A stretch of 49,185 nucleotides of DNA from a virus: positions 1-49,185 of the IMG/VR virus record IMGVR_UViG_3300045988_177308; one strand, given 5' to 3'. The notes under the pieces are model-generated. The model searched no databases. It had not been told where the DNA came from and was given only the letters and a program-made list of their open reading frames with translations. This document shows positions 38,749-46,215 of this stretch, piece by piece. Both the position numbers and the translations under genes were made by a program. The stretch's first letter is position 1. The number at the start of each line of letters is the position of its first letter.

Positions 38749-39387
38749 TTACCGCATAGTGCGTTTACAAACAGACGTCAAACGCCACAAACCTGTTGAA
38801 CAATTGTTCTCCTCCCACGCTTCGCAGGTCGCGTGACTCCGAGCCGGCTTCAGCGTCAAAGAACCGTCTACCTCTCTCCACAGCCTGCCGAGAACCCGGG
38901 TCGAGCAGCTGTCCGGACCGGGGTCGAGGCCTTCCTCCAGGGGTGAGAAATCGCACAGCCATATAGCGCCCACGTCGTCCGCCCGGGCCAACGTCCGCCA
39001 CGGGTTCGTCTCCTGACTTTCCACAACAGGTGGAAACAACACCACATCGTACAAAGACACGTGCATGTGCTCCATGTACGCCTGAGGACTGTCGAACTCC
39101 AATACGTGCAGGTCGCCGACCGTCACATAGAAACGATCGAAGAAGCACAGCACCATGCGGAAACTCGAAGAGTCGAACACTCGCACACCGTGTAGCTTGT
39201 ACGGATCCAGCGGCTCCACGAACACCGGAATGTTGTCGAGATCCTTGAGAGGTACCAGACTTGCGGTGTGCGCTTCGACGTCCACGTGCAACACGCCGTA
39301 CATCGAACCCTCGAAACGGATGTAGTACTCTCTCAGCTTACTGCCCTGACCGGGCGGAATCAATTTCAAACCCACAGCAATCGTCAT
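38749..39387 (-). CDS. hypothetical protein (212 aa)
   Basis: SD aggaaggag. Confidence 0.5.
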   Translation of the reverse strand: MTIAVGLKLIPPGQGSKLREYYIRFEGSMYGVLHVDVEAHTASLVPLKDLDNIPVFVEPLDPYKLHGVRVFDSSSFRMVLCFFDRFYVTVGDLHVLEFDSPQAYMEHMHVSLYDVVLFPPVVESQETNPWRTLARADDVGAIWLCDFSPLEEGLDPGPDSCSTRVLGRLWREVDGSLTLKPARSHATCEAWEENNCSTGLWRLTSVCKRTMR

Positions 39388-39394
39388 CTCCTTC

Positions 39395-39610
39395 CTAGTC
39401 GTCTCCTAAATAGAACAACCCGATGGTATCGTGGTGCGGATACAACAGAACCTTCAGCCGCTTCGTCAACGGGTTGTATCTCGTCATATACCTCGCCTCC
39501 TCAGTGTTCACCGTGATCGTTCCGTCCTCCCTGTAATAGCGCACCGCTTGTGCGCTAGGCGCGGTGTCGTACGCTTCCGCTATAGCTCTGGCGATGTCCG
39601 TGTGCGTCAT
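39395..39610 (-). CDS. hypothetical protein (71 aa)
   Basis: ATGA overlap with upstream stop; SD aagtgaggtg. Confidence 0.45.
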   Translation of the reverse strand: MTHTDIARAIAEAYDTAPSAQAVRYYREDGTITVNTEEARYMTRYNPLTKRLKVLLYPHHDTIGLFYLGDD

Positions 39611-40071
39611 ATTTTGAGGCACCTCACTTTGAACGTTCTGACGAACTCGTCTTTCTTCATGTCAAACGGCTCACCTGTATCCGGCTCGCAGTGGATCGTC
39701 TTAGTCTCGCGGTTATACGTCAGGTCGCCTAAGAAAAACTCGTTACCTGAATCCAACGACACAGCTACACAACCATGCAACATCTCCGTATAGGGGTTCG
39801 GCTCGTTGTCCTCCACCGTGAACATGTTCGGCCAGTCTTCCGGCACCAGCTCCTGCAACACAGTGTTGTAGCACATGTCAGGCGGAAGGCGGTGGTGCGC
39901 AAGCAGAACATCCCCATAGGGGTTCGTGTACGGCACCGCCTCATCGCACGTCGTCAAGTTGAAATGCATCGGCAGTTCTTCGTCGAAGCGGGGACTGTTC
40001 GCGTCCACGCACACGAAACCGCGGTTCCTGATGTAGGCGCACAGGGAATCCTCGTAATCGTAGAACAGCAT
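39607..40071 (-). CDS. hypothetical Cys-rich protein (154 aa)
   Basis: SD aaaggaggg 7 nt upstream. Confidence 0.5.
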   Translation of the reverse strand: MLFYDYEDSLCAYIRNRGFVCVDANSPRFDEELPMHFNLTTCDEAVPYTNPYGDVLLAHHRLPPDMCYNTVLQELVPEDWPNMFTVEDNEPNPYTEMLHGCVAVSLDSGNEFFLGDLTYNRETKTIHCEPDTGEPFDMKKDEFVRTFKVRCLKI

Positions 40072-40084
40072 GTTAACCCTCCTT

Positions 40085-40573
40085 TCAGCAAGGCTCGACG
40101 ATGACCAACCACGGCTCGTCAGAGGTCTCATCTTCGAAGAACGACGTGATCACGTCCGACGTCGTGTCCGTCTCTTCGATCACGGACACCGCACCGATCT
40201 CAGACTTGAGCTCCACCGAAGCGGCGGGAGAGAGGACGATGGATACCTTATCCAGGCCCTCTTCGAACCACCGGCTGACGACGAAAGACACGCACACCCC
40301 CGCAGGCTGTGCGGAAACCGTGACCTTCTCCACTTCATGGTCCATTATCAAACCGAACCGCGTGCTGTCTTCATCGTATTCTGTCGTCACAGACGCCAAC
40401 TCCACATCGCCGACGTCGAAGAGCGTCGTCTTACAAACCCAATCACCCGTGTAGCGCTTCGTACAGGAGGACACCCACTGCTCCTTCGGTGTCACCGGAA
40501 TCTCCAAGCTTCTCACGTTCGGTTTCTTAGCCAGTTCTGCCAACAGCCCTGGTGTGTAATTAGTCCCTATCAC
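40085..40573 (-). CDS. hypothetical acidic protein (162 aa)
   Basis: GTG start after gaaaggagaaagagc. Confidence 0.5.
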   Translation of the reverse strand: MIGTNYTPGLLAELAKKPNVRSLEIPVTPKEQWVSSCTKRYTGDWVCKTTLFDVGDVELASVTTEYDEDSTRFGLIMDHEVEKVTVSAQPAGVCVSFVVSRWFEEGLDKVSIVLSPAASVELKSEIGAVSVIEETDTTSDVITSFFEDETSDEPWLVIVEPC

Positions 40574-40607
40574 GCTCTTTCTCCTTTCGTTCCGTGTCGT
40601 GTCATGC

Positions 40608-41045
40608 TTAAAGCAGGTAGTCGGCTTCGTCCTCGGAGTAAGGCCGGATCGCCGTCACAGTAGCCGGACCGTACGCCACCGCCGATATGCGGCGCCCAAA
40701 CTCGCAGTTTGGGCCCACCTGCACATCTGCGAACGGGAAGAGGTCAACAGGCTCCTCGCGTGTGCAGTCGTCGTCTTTCAGGATTGCGTAAAGCCGGCCG
40801 TCTTCCGCGTGACGCGTACCGACCAGTTTCTCGCCGAAGAGCGAATCGAACTGCGTGCTCACGATGTCCGACTTCAGCGTCATGAATTCGAACCCAGCGG
40901 CGTTGTAGAACCGCACGGTCGAGCCCTCGGCTGTGCGAGTGTCGACGATCGAAGCCGCCTGGCGGTCGACGACGTCAAGATGATGTGTAACGGTTTTCGC
41001 ATTGAACCGAGTGGCTTCGCTCTCAACAGTGGGCATTGTCCCCAT
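40608..41045 (-). CDS. hypothetical protein (145 aa)
   Basis: ATG after agagaaaggaacacatc. Confidence 0.5.
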   Translation of the reverse strand: MGTMPTVESEATRFNAKTVTHHLDVVDRQAASIVDTRTAEGSTVRFYNAAGFEFMTLKSDIVSTQFDSLFGEKLVGTRHAEDGRLYAILKDDDCTREEPVDLFPFADVQVGPNCEFGRRISAVAYGPATVTAIRPYSEDEADYLL

Positions 41046-41099
41046 GATGTGTTCCTTTCTCTCGGGTCGGCGGTTGTCCCGCCGTAGTTACAGTCTAGG

Positions 41100-41134
41100 C
41101 GCACACGGGGCGGCAGTCAAGCGCCCCGTGTGCG
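41100..41134 (-). terminator. 13-bp GC hairpin
   Basis: cgcacacggggcg/cgccccgtgtgcg. Confidence 0.45.
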
Positions 41135-41141
41135 ATGTACG

Positions 41142-41771
41142 TCACATTCCCCTTTGCAAGCCCGTGGTCCATTCGGCGATCTCCGCAGCCACGGAATCGG
41201 GCGTGTCGACGGGGGGGTCCACGACGATCGGTATGAACCTCGACAGCTCCCCCGCGACGAACGCGTTCGTCAGGAACGTCCGGTACGCCTCAGTCACCGC
41301 GAGGGGGTCGTAGCCGTCGGGGTCCGGGTAGTCCGGGTCCGTCAACTCGGCGGGGTCGCGGGGCATCAGCACGAACGTCGTCAGCGGAACGCGGTTCAGC
41401 CAGTTCAGCGTGAGCGCTACGTTCTCCGGTATGGGCTCGCCCCGCAGCGAGGCGTACACCTCGCTGCTGAGCGCCCACCTGTCCAGAATGTACAGCTGTT
41501 CTTCGCTCGCACTCGTCGGAGTGTCGGGGAACAGCACGGGCTCCGGTCGGAAGGAGAGCCAGTTCTCCATATCCCTCGCGTAGTCCTCCGCCTTCAGGCG
41601 GTGGTTTTCGCTTTGTGCACACACAGTCAGCACGTCCGTGGGGAAGTGCCGTATGCGCACATCGGAGTAAGAGGGGGCGGCGGTGCGGCTTTGAAAGAGC
41701 TCTTTCAGGGCTGCTGCTACAGTCGACTTCCCCACTCCGTCGGGACCCTCCAGTGCTATGTAAACTGCCAT
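41142..41771 (-). CDS. tmk: thymidylate kinase
   Basis: P-loop IALEGPDGVGKST characteristic of dTMP kinase. Confidence 0.8.
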   Translation of the reverse strand: MAVYIALEGPDGVGKSTVAAALKELFQSRTAAPSYSDVRIRHFPTDVLTVCAQSENHRLKAEDYARDMENWLSFRPEPVLFPDTPTSASEEQLYILDRWALSSEVYASLRGEPIPENVALTLNWLNRVPLTTFVLMPRDPAELTDPDYPDPDGYDPLAVTEAYRTFLTNAFVAGELSRFIPIVVDPPVDTPDSVAAEIAEWTTGLQRGM

Positions 41772-41790
41772 CGTCTATCGCTCCTTTCGT

Positions 41791-42300
41791 CTATCGCATA
41801 TGCGGCGCGGGCGTGCAGGATATGCCTGTCGCACACCCCTCTTCCGAGAACGCCTCGAACCACGTGTAGTCTTCCACTGCGGTCCACACCGTGTTCGTCG
41901 TGGGCTTACCGGGCCACAGCACATGGTAATCGGGGAGGGACACGGCCCCCTCGTCGATCACAGCGCCCGGCGCTATCCCGTAGCCCAAGTCGCACACGCA
42001 GTCCAACGGCAGGTTCTTGTGCACAACCGCATCCACTTCTATCAAGGGGTTGGAGAGCCTATCGCACAGCTCCAACGTCGCCTTCATTGGCATTGTGCGC
42101 ACACGGACGAGCCCCACCGTGAAGGGCTTCCGCTTCTCTTCATGCGGCTGCACGCATATCGAGCGCGCAAAGGGACTACGGCCGTACAGCACTACGGAAC
42201 CGGAGCGCACAGTGCCGTGGCGGTCCATCGCGGCGGGTTCTATCGTGCGGCCCGGCAGCGTCGCCAGGAGAGCGATGTCGAAAAAGGCTACGATCGTCAC
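41791..42300 (-). CDS. hypothetical protein (about 169 aa)
   Basis: Start ambiguous (GTG 42300 or GTG 42312). Confidence 0.4.
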   Translation of the reverse strand: MTIVAFFDIALLATLPGRTIEPAAMDRHGTVRSGSVVLYGRSPFARSICVQPHEEKRKPFTVGLVRVRTMPMKATLELCDRLSNPLIEVDAVVHKNLPLDCVCDLGYGIAPGAVIDEGAVSLPDYHVLWPGKPTTNTVWTAVEDYTWFEAFSEEGCATGISCTPAPHMR

Positions 42301-42301
42301 G

Positions 42302-42740
42302 TTACGCCGCACCCCCTTCCGCGTTCACGTCACCCAAGTCGTCCAAGCAGAACGGCCACCCGCACACAGACAGGTGCGGGTTCAACCCCGTCGCTTCGAT
42401 TATCCCCTTCACGGCATCCCGTGCGTTCAAACCGCGGGCGTTGACTTCTACGGCCTCGTCGCCCCGGTCCAGGGACGATGCGGAGAGAGGGGTGTTGTTC
42501 AGCACGATGTGTGTCCTGGCTTGACTAGTCAAGCGAACCAGCGGGGTGTACATCACCTGCAGTTCGCAGTAGAAGACGTTCAGCCGTTGGAAGAGCCACA
42601 CGCGCACAGCGGATTCGACGTCGGGTGTGAGGTTGTGAACGAACACCCACCTGTGAACGTCTTTTTTCGTCGAGGCGGGCCATTGTGCGCTGCATGAAGG
42701 CGTTCCCCTGCGAGCGTGCGGGCATCGCATAGTGCGTCAT
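42302..42740 (-). pseudogene. gene interrupted by a +1 frame change at an A6 tract (42662-42667); N-terminal 27 codons in one frame (ATG 42740, strong SD agaggaagggg), remainder in the 42302..42730 frame
   Basis: Third-position GC stays high only if the reading frame switches at GACGAAAAAAGAC; each frame alone gives Arg/Pro-rich wrong-frame-like sequence on the other side of the tract. Confidence 0.4.
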
Positions 42741-42745
42741 GTTGT

Positions 42746-43321
42746 TTATCCCCTTCCTCTAATGTCTTTCGCCATCTTCACCGCAGCCCGATATTCAGGC
42801 CACTGCTTCTCGTAGGGCCGGCGGTCCGCATCCCAGTAGTCCTTGTAGCTCAGCCCGGGGTTGGCCGCTATGAACTCGGCCAGAGAAGTGTAGAAGGCCT
42901 CCTTGAAGCGCTTGGCGCGTAGTTTGCGCGCCAGTTTTGAGGGGTCCGCCGGGTCTTTTCCGCGCAGGTCCACTTCGGACAGCGGGTTTGATTTGAACTC
43001 GCGGAACATGAGCCTTAAGCGCTTTCTCGCCGATATGTTGTCCCGTTCAGCGCCCGACAGCATCGCATCGTCCAGAGACGACGGCGTGGCGACGGCCACG
43101 CCGAGAGCTTCGAGTGCGGCCTTCAGAGAGCTGTAGCGCACAGGGGGGAGGAACTCCTCACCCCCTGTTTGCATCAGCTCGGGCACTATCAGGAGCGCCT
43201 TGTCGGCGTAGTTCGAATTGAGAACGATTCTCACTCCGTATTCGCTCTCCACGTCGGCTCGCAGTCCCTGTTCGTCCAGGTTTTCGTCGGCGACTTCGAT
43301 CGCCACGGCAATCCGTTTCAT
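42746..43321 (-). CDS. first gene of leftward early operon, hypothetical (191 aa)
   Basis: ATG 43321 after gagaggagaaatcgag. Confidence 0.55.
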   Translation of the reverse strand: MKRIAVAIEVADENLDEQGLRADVESEYGVRIVLNSNYADKALLIVPELMQTGGEEFLPPVRYSSLKAALEALGVAVATPSSLDDAMLSGAERDNISARKRLRLMFREFKSNPLSEVDLRGKDPADPSKLARKLRAKRFKEAFYTSLAEFIAANPGLSYKDYWDADRRPYEKQWPEYRAAVKMAKDIRGRG

Positions 43322-43355
43322 CTCGATTTCTCCTCTCACTCGAAAATGTATTTTC

Positions 43356-43422
43356 GATCGATTTCGACTCACATTGCGTGATCGATTTCAACTCGATTTT
43401 ATCCTAGGGACGGATCGATTTC
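43356..43422. repeat. three direct copies of GATCGATTTC (A/G-extended 16-mer) plus two partial copies in the leader of the leftward operon
   Basis: Copies at 43356, 43380 and 43413; third copy sits inside the promoter spacer. Confidence 0.55.
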
Positions 43423-43429
43423 AAGTCAA
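43401..43429 (-). promoter_or_regulatory. leftward promoter TTGACT-17-TAGGAT
   Basis: Read on minus strand: -35 at 43429-43424, -10 at 43406-43401. Confidence 0.45.
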
Positions 43430-43455
43430 ATCGTGGAATGTGAATTTGGTCACAG

Positions 43456-43477
43456 TAGTGTTGTGAGGGGTTGTGTT
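43456..43477 (+). promoter_or_regulatory. extended -10 element TGtTATAAT (rightward)
   Basis: gtgttataatc; no good -35. Confidence 0.3.
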
Positions 43478-43572
43478 ATAATCACGCGCCCGCGCGCACC
43501 CGACCCGGCGCACACCACATAGATCGGCGAGATGTCGCGGGTTCTGTGTCAAGCTCGGCCCCGGGGCGGTGG

Positions 43573-43624
43573 AAATTCTGACAGTGACTGTCAATTGACA
43601 GTGACTGTCAGAATTTCGATACAT
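43573..43624 (+). promoter_or_regulatory. twin 15-bp palindromic operators TGACAGtgaCTGTCA x2 flanked by inverted gaaattc/gaatttc, overlapping a TTGACA -35 (43595-43600) with TACAT-type -10 about 18 nt downstream
   Basis: Exact repeat 43579-43593 and 43596-43610 separated by 2 nt. Confidence 0.6.
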
Positions 43625-43952
43625 CTTTGAATTGAGAATCATTCTCACTAAGGAAAATACTCCTAATACACCACCCCCACACATACTACTACAACGTTAT
43701 ATATCCCTATTTGTATATTCCTTGTAATCCCTTGGTTTCCCTCCTTTGAAATTACAAAACCTCTTGGATCAGGGCAATGTGCTTGATCAATAAGGCGATG
43801 TCACACCCCGGGTATACCCAGCACGGTTTGCACTTGATGCTGTTTAAGAACAACGTGTTCTGCGTCTGTTCAGTTTTGTCACATTCTTCACACGCCCCCG
43901 CTGCGTGGGCTGTGCGCCTGGGGGTGTGCGCCTCCTCGCGGGCCCAGTTGCG

Positions 43953-44060
43953 CCTCAGGATCACGAGGTTGCCCTCTGAGGCGTTTTCAGGGTCGCCCCG
44001 GTAGGGTCGCTTGGGTAAGGGGCTGAAATCGCCTCAGAATCGATCCTCGTGATCCTGAGG
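43953..44060. repeat. 16-bp perfect inverted repeat CCTCAGGATCACGAGG / CCTCGTGATCCTGAGG, 76 nt apart, with a nested 9-bp inverted repeat
   Basis: Read directly; loop contains agggtcgc x2. Confidence 0.5.
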
Positions 44061-44150
44061 GGGTGCCGCTCGACCGCCGGTGCTGTGTGGTGTGCGCCTC
44101 GGGACTGTCCGTTCCGCTCGACCGCCGTTCTAATTTCCCTTATCTTTGAG

Positions 44151-44222
44151 CCCCGAAATTCGAAAATGGCCCTCTTTGTACCCGAAACCTGCCCCCGAAA
44201 TTCGAAAAGGGGCTTCTTTGTA
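44151..44222. repeat. two tandem ~41-bp direct repeats CCCCGAAATTCGAAAA..CTTTGTA
   Basis: 44151-44180 and 44192-44222. Confidence 0.5.
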
Positions 44223-44253
44223 ACGTTTAATGACAACCTTTACCTACGTAACC

Positions 44254-44379
44254 GTAAGTTACTGCTACGTAGGTGTAAGTTACCCTGTGGTAGGTTACGC
44301 TGGTGTAGGTTACTGGTGAGTAAGTTACCCAGTGGTAGGTTACGGCTTCGTAGGTGTAACCTACTGCGAGGTAGGTTAC
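44254..44379. repeat. iteron-like array: eight 9-mers GTA(A/G)GTTAC (one inverted) with 15-bp periodicity
   Basis: Copies at 44254, 44275, 44290, 44305, 44320, 44335, 44356 (inverted) and 44371. Confidence 0.7.
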
Positions 44380-44427
44380 CGTGGCGTATGGCGCTCAGAA
44401 ATGTGGTGAAGGACACACCGCTGGGGC

Positions 44428-44456
44428 TTGACACGGGGGGTGGCGGTTGATAGAAT
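44428..44456 (+). promoter_or_regulatory. consensus promoter TTGACA-17-TAGAAT (cassette 1)
   Basis: Perfect -35, 17-nt spacer, TAGAAT -10, followed by conserved leader agagagaaaggaaacccca. Confidence 0.7.
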
Positions 44457-44495
44457 GGAGGTACAACAAAGGGGAAAGAGAGAAAGGAAACCCCA

Positions 44496-44582
44496 ATGGA
44501 CATCGAAATCGACTTCTTCGAGGAGCTCGGCGGCTACTACACCGCAGACCTGGCAGACGTCCTGGAAGACTTCGAAGGCTGA
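44496..44582 (+). CDS. tiny acidic ORF (28 aa, MDIEIDFFEELGGYYTADLADVLEDFEG)
   Basis: ATG 7 nt after extended SD, in identical cassette context to the larger genes; followed by GC hairpin. Confidence 0.35.
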   Translation: MDIEIDFFEELGGYYTADLADVLEDFEG

Positions 44583-44585
44583 CCC

Positions 44586-44613
44586 GAAGGCCCCCGCCCC
44601 GGCGGGGGCCTTC
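44586..44613 (+). terminator. GC hairpin after tiny ORF
   Basis: gaaggcccccgcc/ggcgggggccttc. Confidence 0.45.
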
Positions 44614-44817
44614 CCATGCCCGCAGACGCGCCCCAGAATGGCCCCTGAGGCGCCTTCGGAGCCGGGGTGGGGCCACCCTACCGGCGAAGGCCCGCCAGGC
44701 TCTCAGGGGGCCGTCTGCGAGCTCGGAGGGGCGCCCCCGAAGGCGGGGGCTGGGCGCCTCCGGAGACGGCCCCGAGCAATTACGCAACGTCGGTGTTGCG
44801 AAAATCCCGGAACTCAA

Positions 44818-45043
44818 AATGTGAGCTTGGTCTCACTTTCGTGAAATCGGGACTAAAGTCCTAGCTCGAGGAACCATGTGAGCAATCTCACACTCGGAGA
44901 GGCTCTCGAGCAACCATGTGAGAAACATCACAATGTGAGATACATCACGCTCGGAGGGGCTCTCGAGGCTCTCGAGCAACCATGAAAAATACATTTTCCA
45001 GGGGCTCTCGAGCAACCATGAAAATGTGACACACACCATACCC
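44818..45043. repeat. four tandem degenerate repeats (CTCGGAGRGGCTCTCGAGCAACCATG...) containing five ATGTGA(G) motifs and palindromes TGTGAG-N4-6-CTCACA
   Basis: Palindromes at 44821-44836 and 44878-44893; ATGTGA at 44819, 44876, 44916, 44932 and 45022. Confidence 0.5.
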
Positions 45044-45050
45044 GAGCGGC

Positions 45051-45085
45051 TTGACACGGCGCCTCCGGCTGTGCGAGGATAGAGC
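45051..45085 (+). promoter_or_regulatory. cassette 2 promoter (TTGACA, then TGcGAGGAT extended -10 at 18 nt)
   Basis: -35 perfect; -10 assignment uncertain (TAGAGC lies 23 nt downstream). Confidence 0.35.
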
Positions 45086-45116
45086 CATCGGAACAACAGA
45101 GAGAAAGGAAACTCCG

Positions 45117-45338
45117 ATGACCGCGAAGTACCCCTACAGCCAGGCCCTGGCGAAGTCGCTCACCGAGAAGCTCGGGGGCCTCGCCTTCGTCCTGCCCGAC
45201 GGCGCAGTCCAGGCCGATACCCCCGACGGCACCCTGACCGTCTACGCCGACGGCGCCGTGAGAGTTCGCGAGTGCGGCGAAACCGAAGCCTGGCCCACCC
45301 TCCGCAGCGCCGTCGCCGACTGGGGCGTGGAAGTGTGA
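45117..45338 (+). CDS. small early protein (73 aa)
   Basis: ATG after agagaaaggaaactccg. Confidence 0.6.
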   Translation: MTAKYPYSQALAKSLTEKLGGLAFVLPDGAVQADTPDGTLTVYADGAVRVRECGETEAWPTLRSAVADWGVEV

Positions 45339-45347
45339 GCTACCCCA

Positions 45348-45389
45348 CTCCGGAGGGGCTTGACAGCCCCTCCGGAGGACCGCTAGAAT
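45348..45389 (+). promoter_or_regulatory. cassette 3: 12-bp inverted repeat ctccggaggggc/gcccctccggag with TTGACA as its loop, then 18 nt and TAGAAT
   Basis: Read directly; hairpin begins 10 nt after upstream stop. Confidence 0.6.
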
Positions 45390-45424
45390 GAAGACATCGG
45401 AACGAAGAGAGAAAGGAAACTCCG

Positions 45425-45739
45425 ATGAACACCTGGAAAGTCGCCAACGCCGTCGTCCGGCACCTCGAAGCCACGATCCCCGTCTACGACGTCTCCGAGC
45501 GAGGCTACAGCCTCTACGTCAGCCTCGTAGACGGCCGCGACTTCATCGTCGACGCCCCGTTCGAGGGCGACGTCAGGATCACCCCCGGTGTGCGCACCTC
45601 CGAAGGCGGCCTGCAGCTTCTCGAAGACCTGGAAGCCGAGCTCACGGACGCCGGCTTCGACGTCCGCCAGGTGCGCTGCAGCCGAACCCTCGCCACCGAG
45701 CTCCGTGTGCGCGACGACGTAGGCGGGTGGGACTGGTGA
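45425..45739 (+). CDS. small early protein (104 aa)
   Basis: ATG after agagaaaggaaactccg. Confidence 0.65.
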   Translation: MNTWKVANAVVRHLEATIPVYDVSERGYSLYVSLVDGRDFIVDAPFEGDVRITPGVRTSEGGLQLLEDLEAELTDAGFDVRQVRCSRTLATELRVRDDVGGWDW

Positions 45740-45909
45740 GGCGTTTCTGGGCGTCCGTCGCCGTCGCAGCCGGCATCCTGGCCGGCTGGGGCTGCGGCGA
45801 GGATCTCGGCCGCTGGGACGCCTACGCGGGCATCCGCGACGAACCGACGGTGCTGGGCTTGACTGTGATACAGGTCATACACTACGGGCTTGACACAGCC
45901 GCCCGATAG
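45736..45909 (+). CDS. possible small membrane ORF (57 aa)
   Basis: GTGA overlap with upstream stop; hydrophobic FWASVAVAAGILAGWGCG; reads through cassette 4 promoter. Confidence 0.3.
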   Translation: MRRFWASVAVAAGILAGWGCGEDLGRWDAYAGIRDEPTVLGLTVIQVIHYGLDTAAR

Positions 45910-45919
45910 CCACTAGACT
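45890..45919 (+). promoter_or_regulatory. cassette 4 promoter TTGACA-18-TAGACT
   Basis: Followed by agagatatcag...agagaaaggaaaagctg. Confidence 0.55.
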
Positions 45920-45955
45920 AGAGATATCAGCGAAGACGAGAGAAAGGAAAAGCTG

Positions 45956-46081
45956 ATGCATACCACCACCTTCATCCCCGAAATCGACGTCCCCGACTTC
46001 GTCGCCAGCCTCCGGGCAGACCGCGAGCGCCAGCGAGCACGACGCCGGAGCCGCCGTCAGAACCGCGGATGGGAGGCCTGA
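45956..46081 (+). CDS. tiny ORF (41 aa, Arg-rich C-terminus)
   Basis: ATG after cassette leader. Confidence 0.35.
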   Translation: MHTTTFIPEIDVPDFVASLRADRERQRARRRSRRQNRGWEA

Positions 46082-46084
46082 GCG

Positions 46085-46204
46085 ATGACCTGGCTCGACT
46101 TCGCACAGGGCATCTGGGACGCCTTCTACGGCCTCATGTCCACCTCCGAAGAGCTCGTGGAGCACCTTCCGACGCCGCTGCAGTGTTTCTTCGACTGGTG
46201 TTAA
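46085..46204 (+). CDS. tiny ORF (39 aa)
   Basis: ATG 4 nt after upstream stop, SD gggagg. Confidence 0.3.
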   Translation: MTWLDFAQGIWDAFYGLMSTSEELVEHLPTPLQCFFDWC

Positions 46205-46215
46205 CGACATCACAC

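Noticed and set aside
41130-42122. 330-aa plus-strand ORF
   Set aside because: Antisense to tmk and neighbour; Arg/Pro-rich.
43985-44035. Possible tRNA in loop of long inverted repeat
   Set aside because: No GTTCGAATC-like T-loop or acceptor-stem pairing; rejected.
43777-44450. ORFs 43777..44004 (+), 43752..43964 (-), 44049..44450 (+) inside the control region
   Set aside because: No SD, span repeat arrays and inverted repeats, composition non-coding-like; treated as non-coding.
45388-45909. 173-aa ORF starting inside the -10 box of cassette 3
   Set aside because: Start codon is the ATG within TAGAATG; Arg-rich wrong-frame sequence through gene c. Only its last 57 codons (45736-45909) are kept as a possible ORF.
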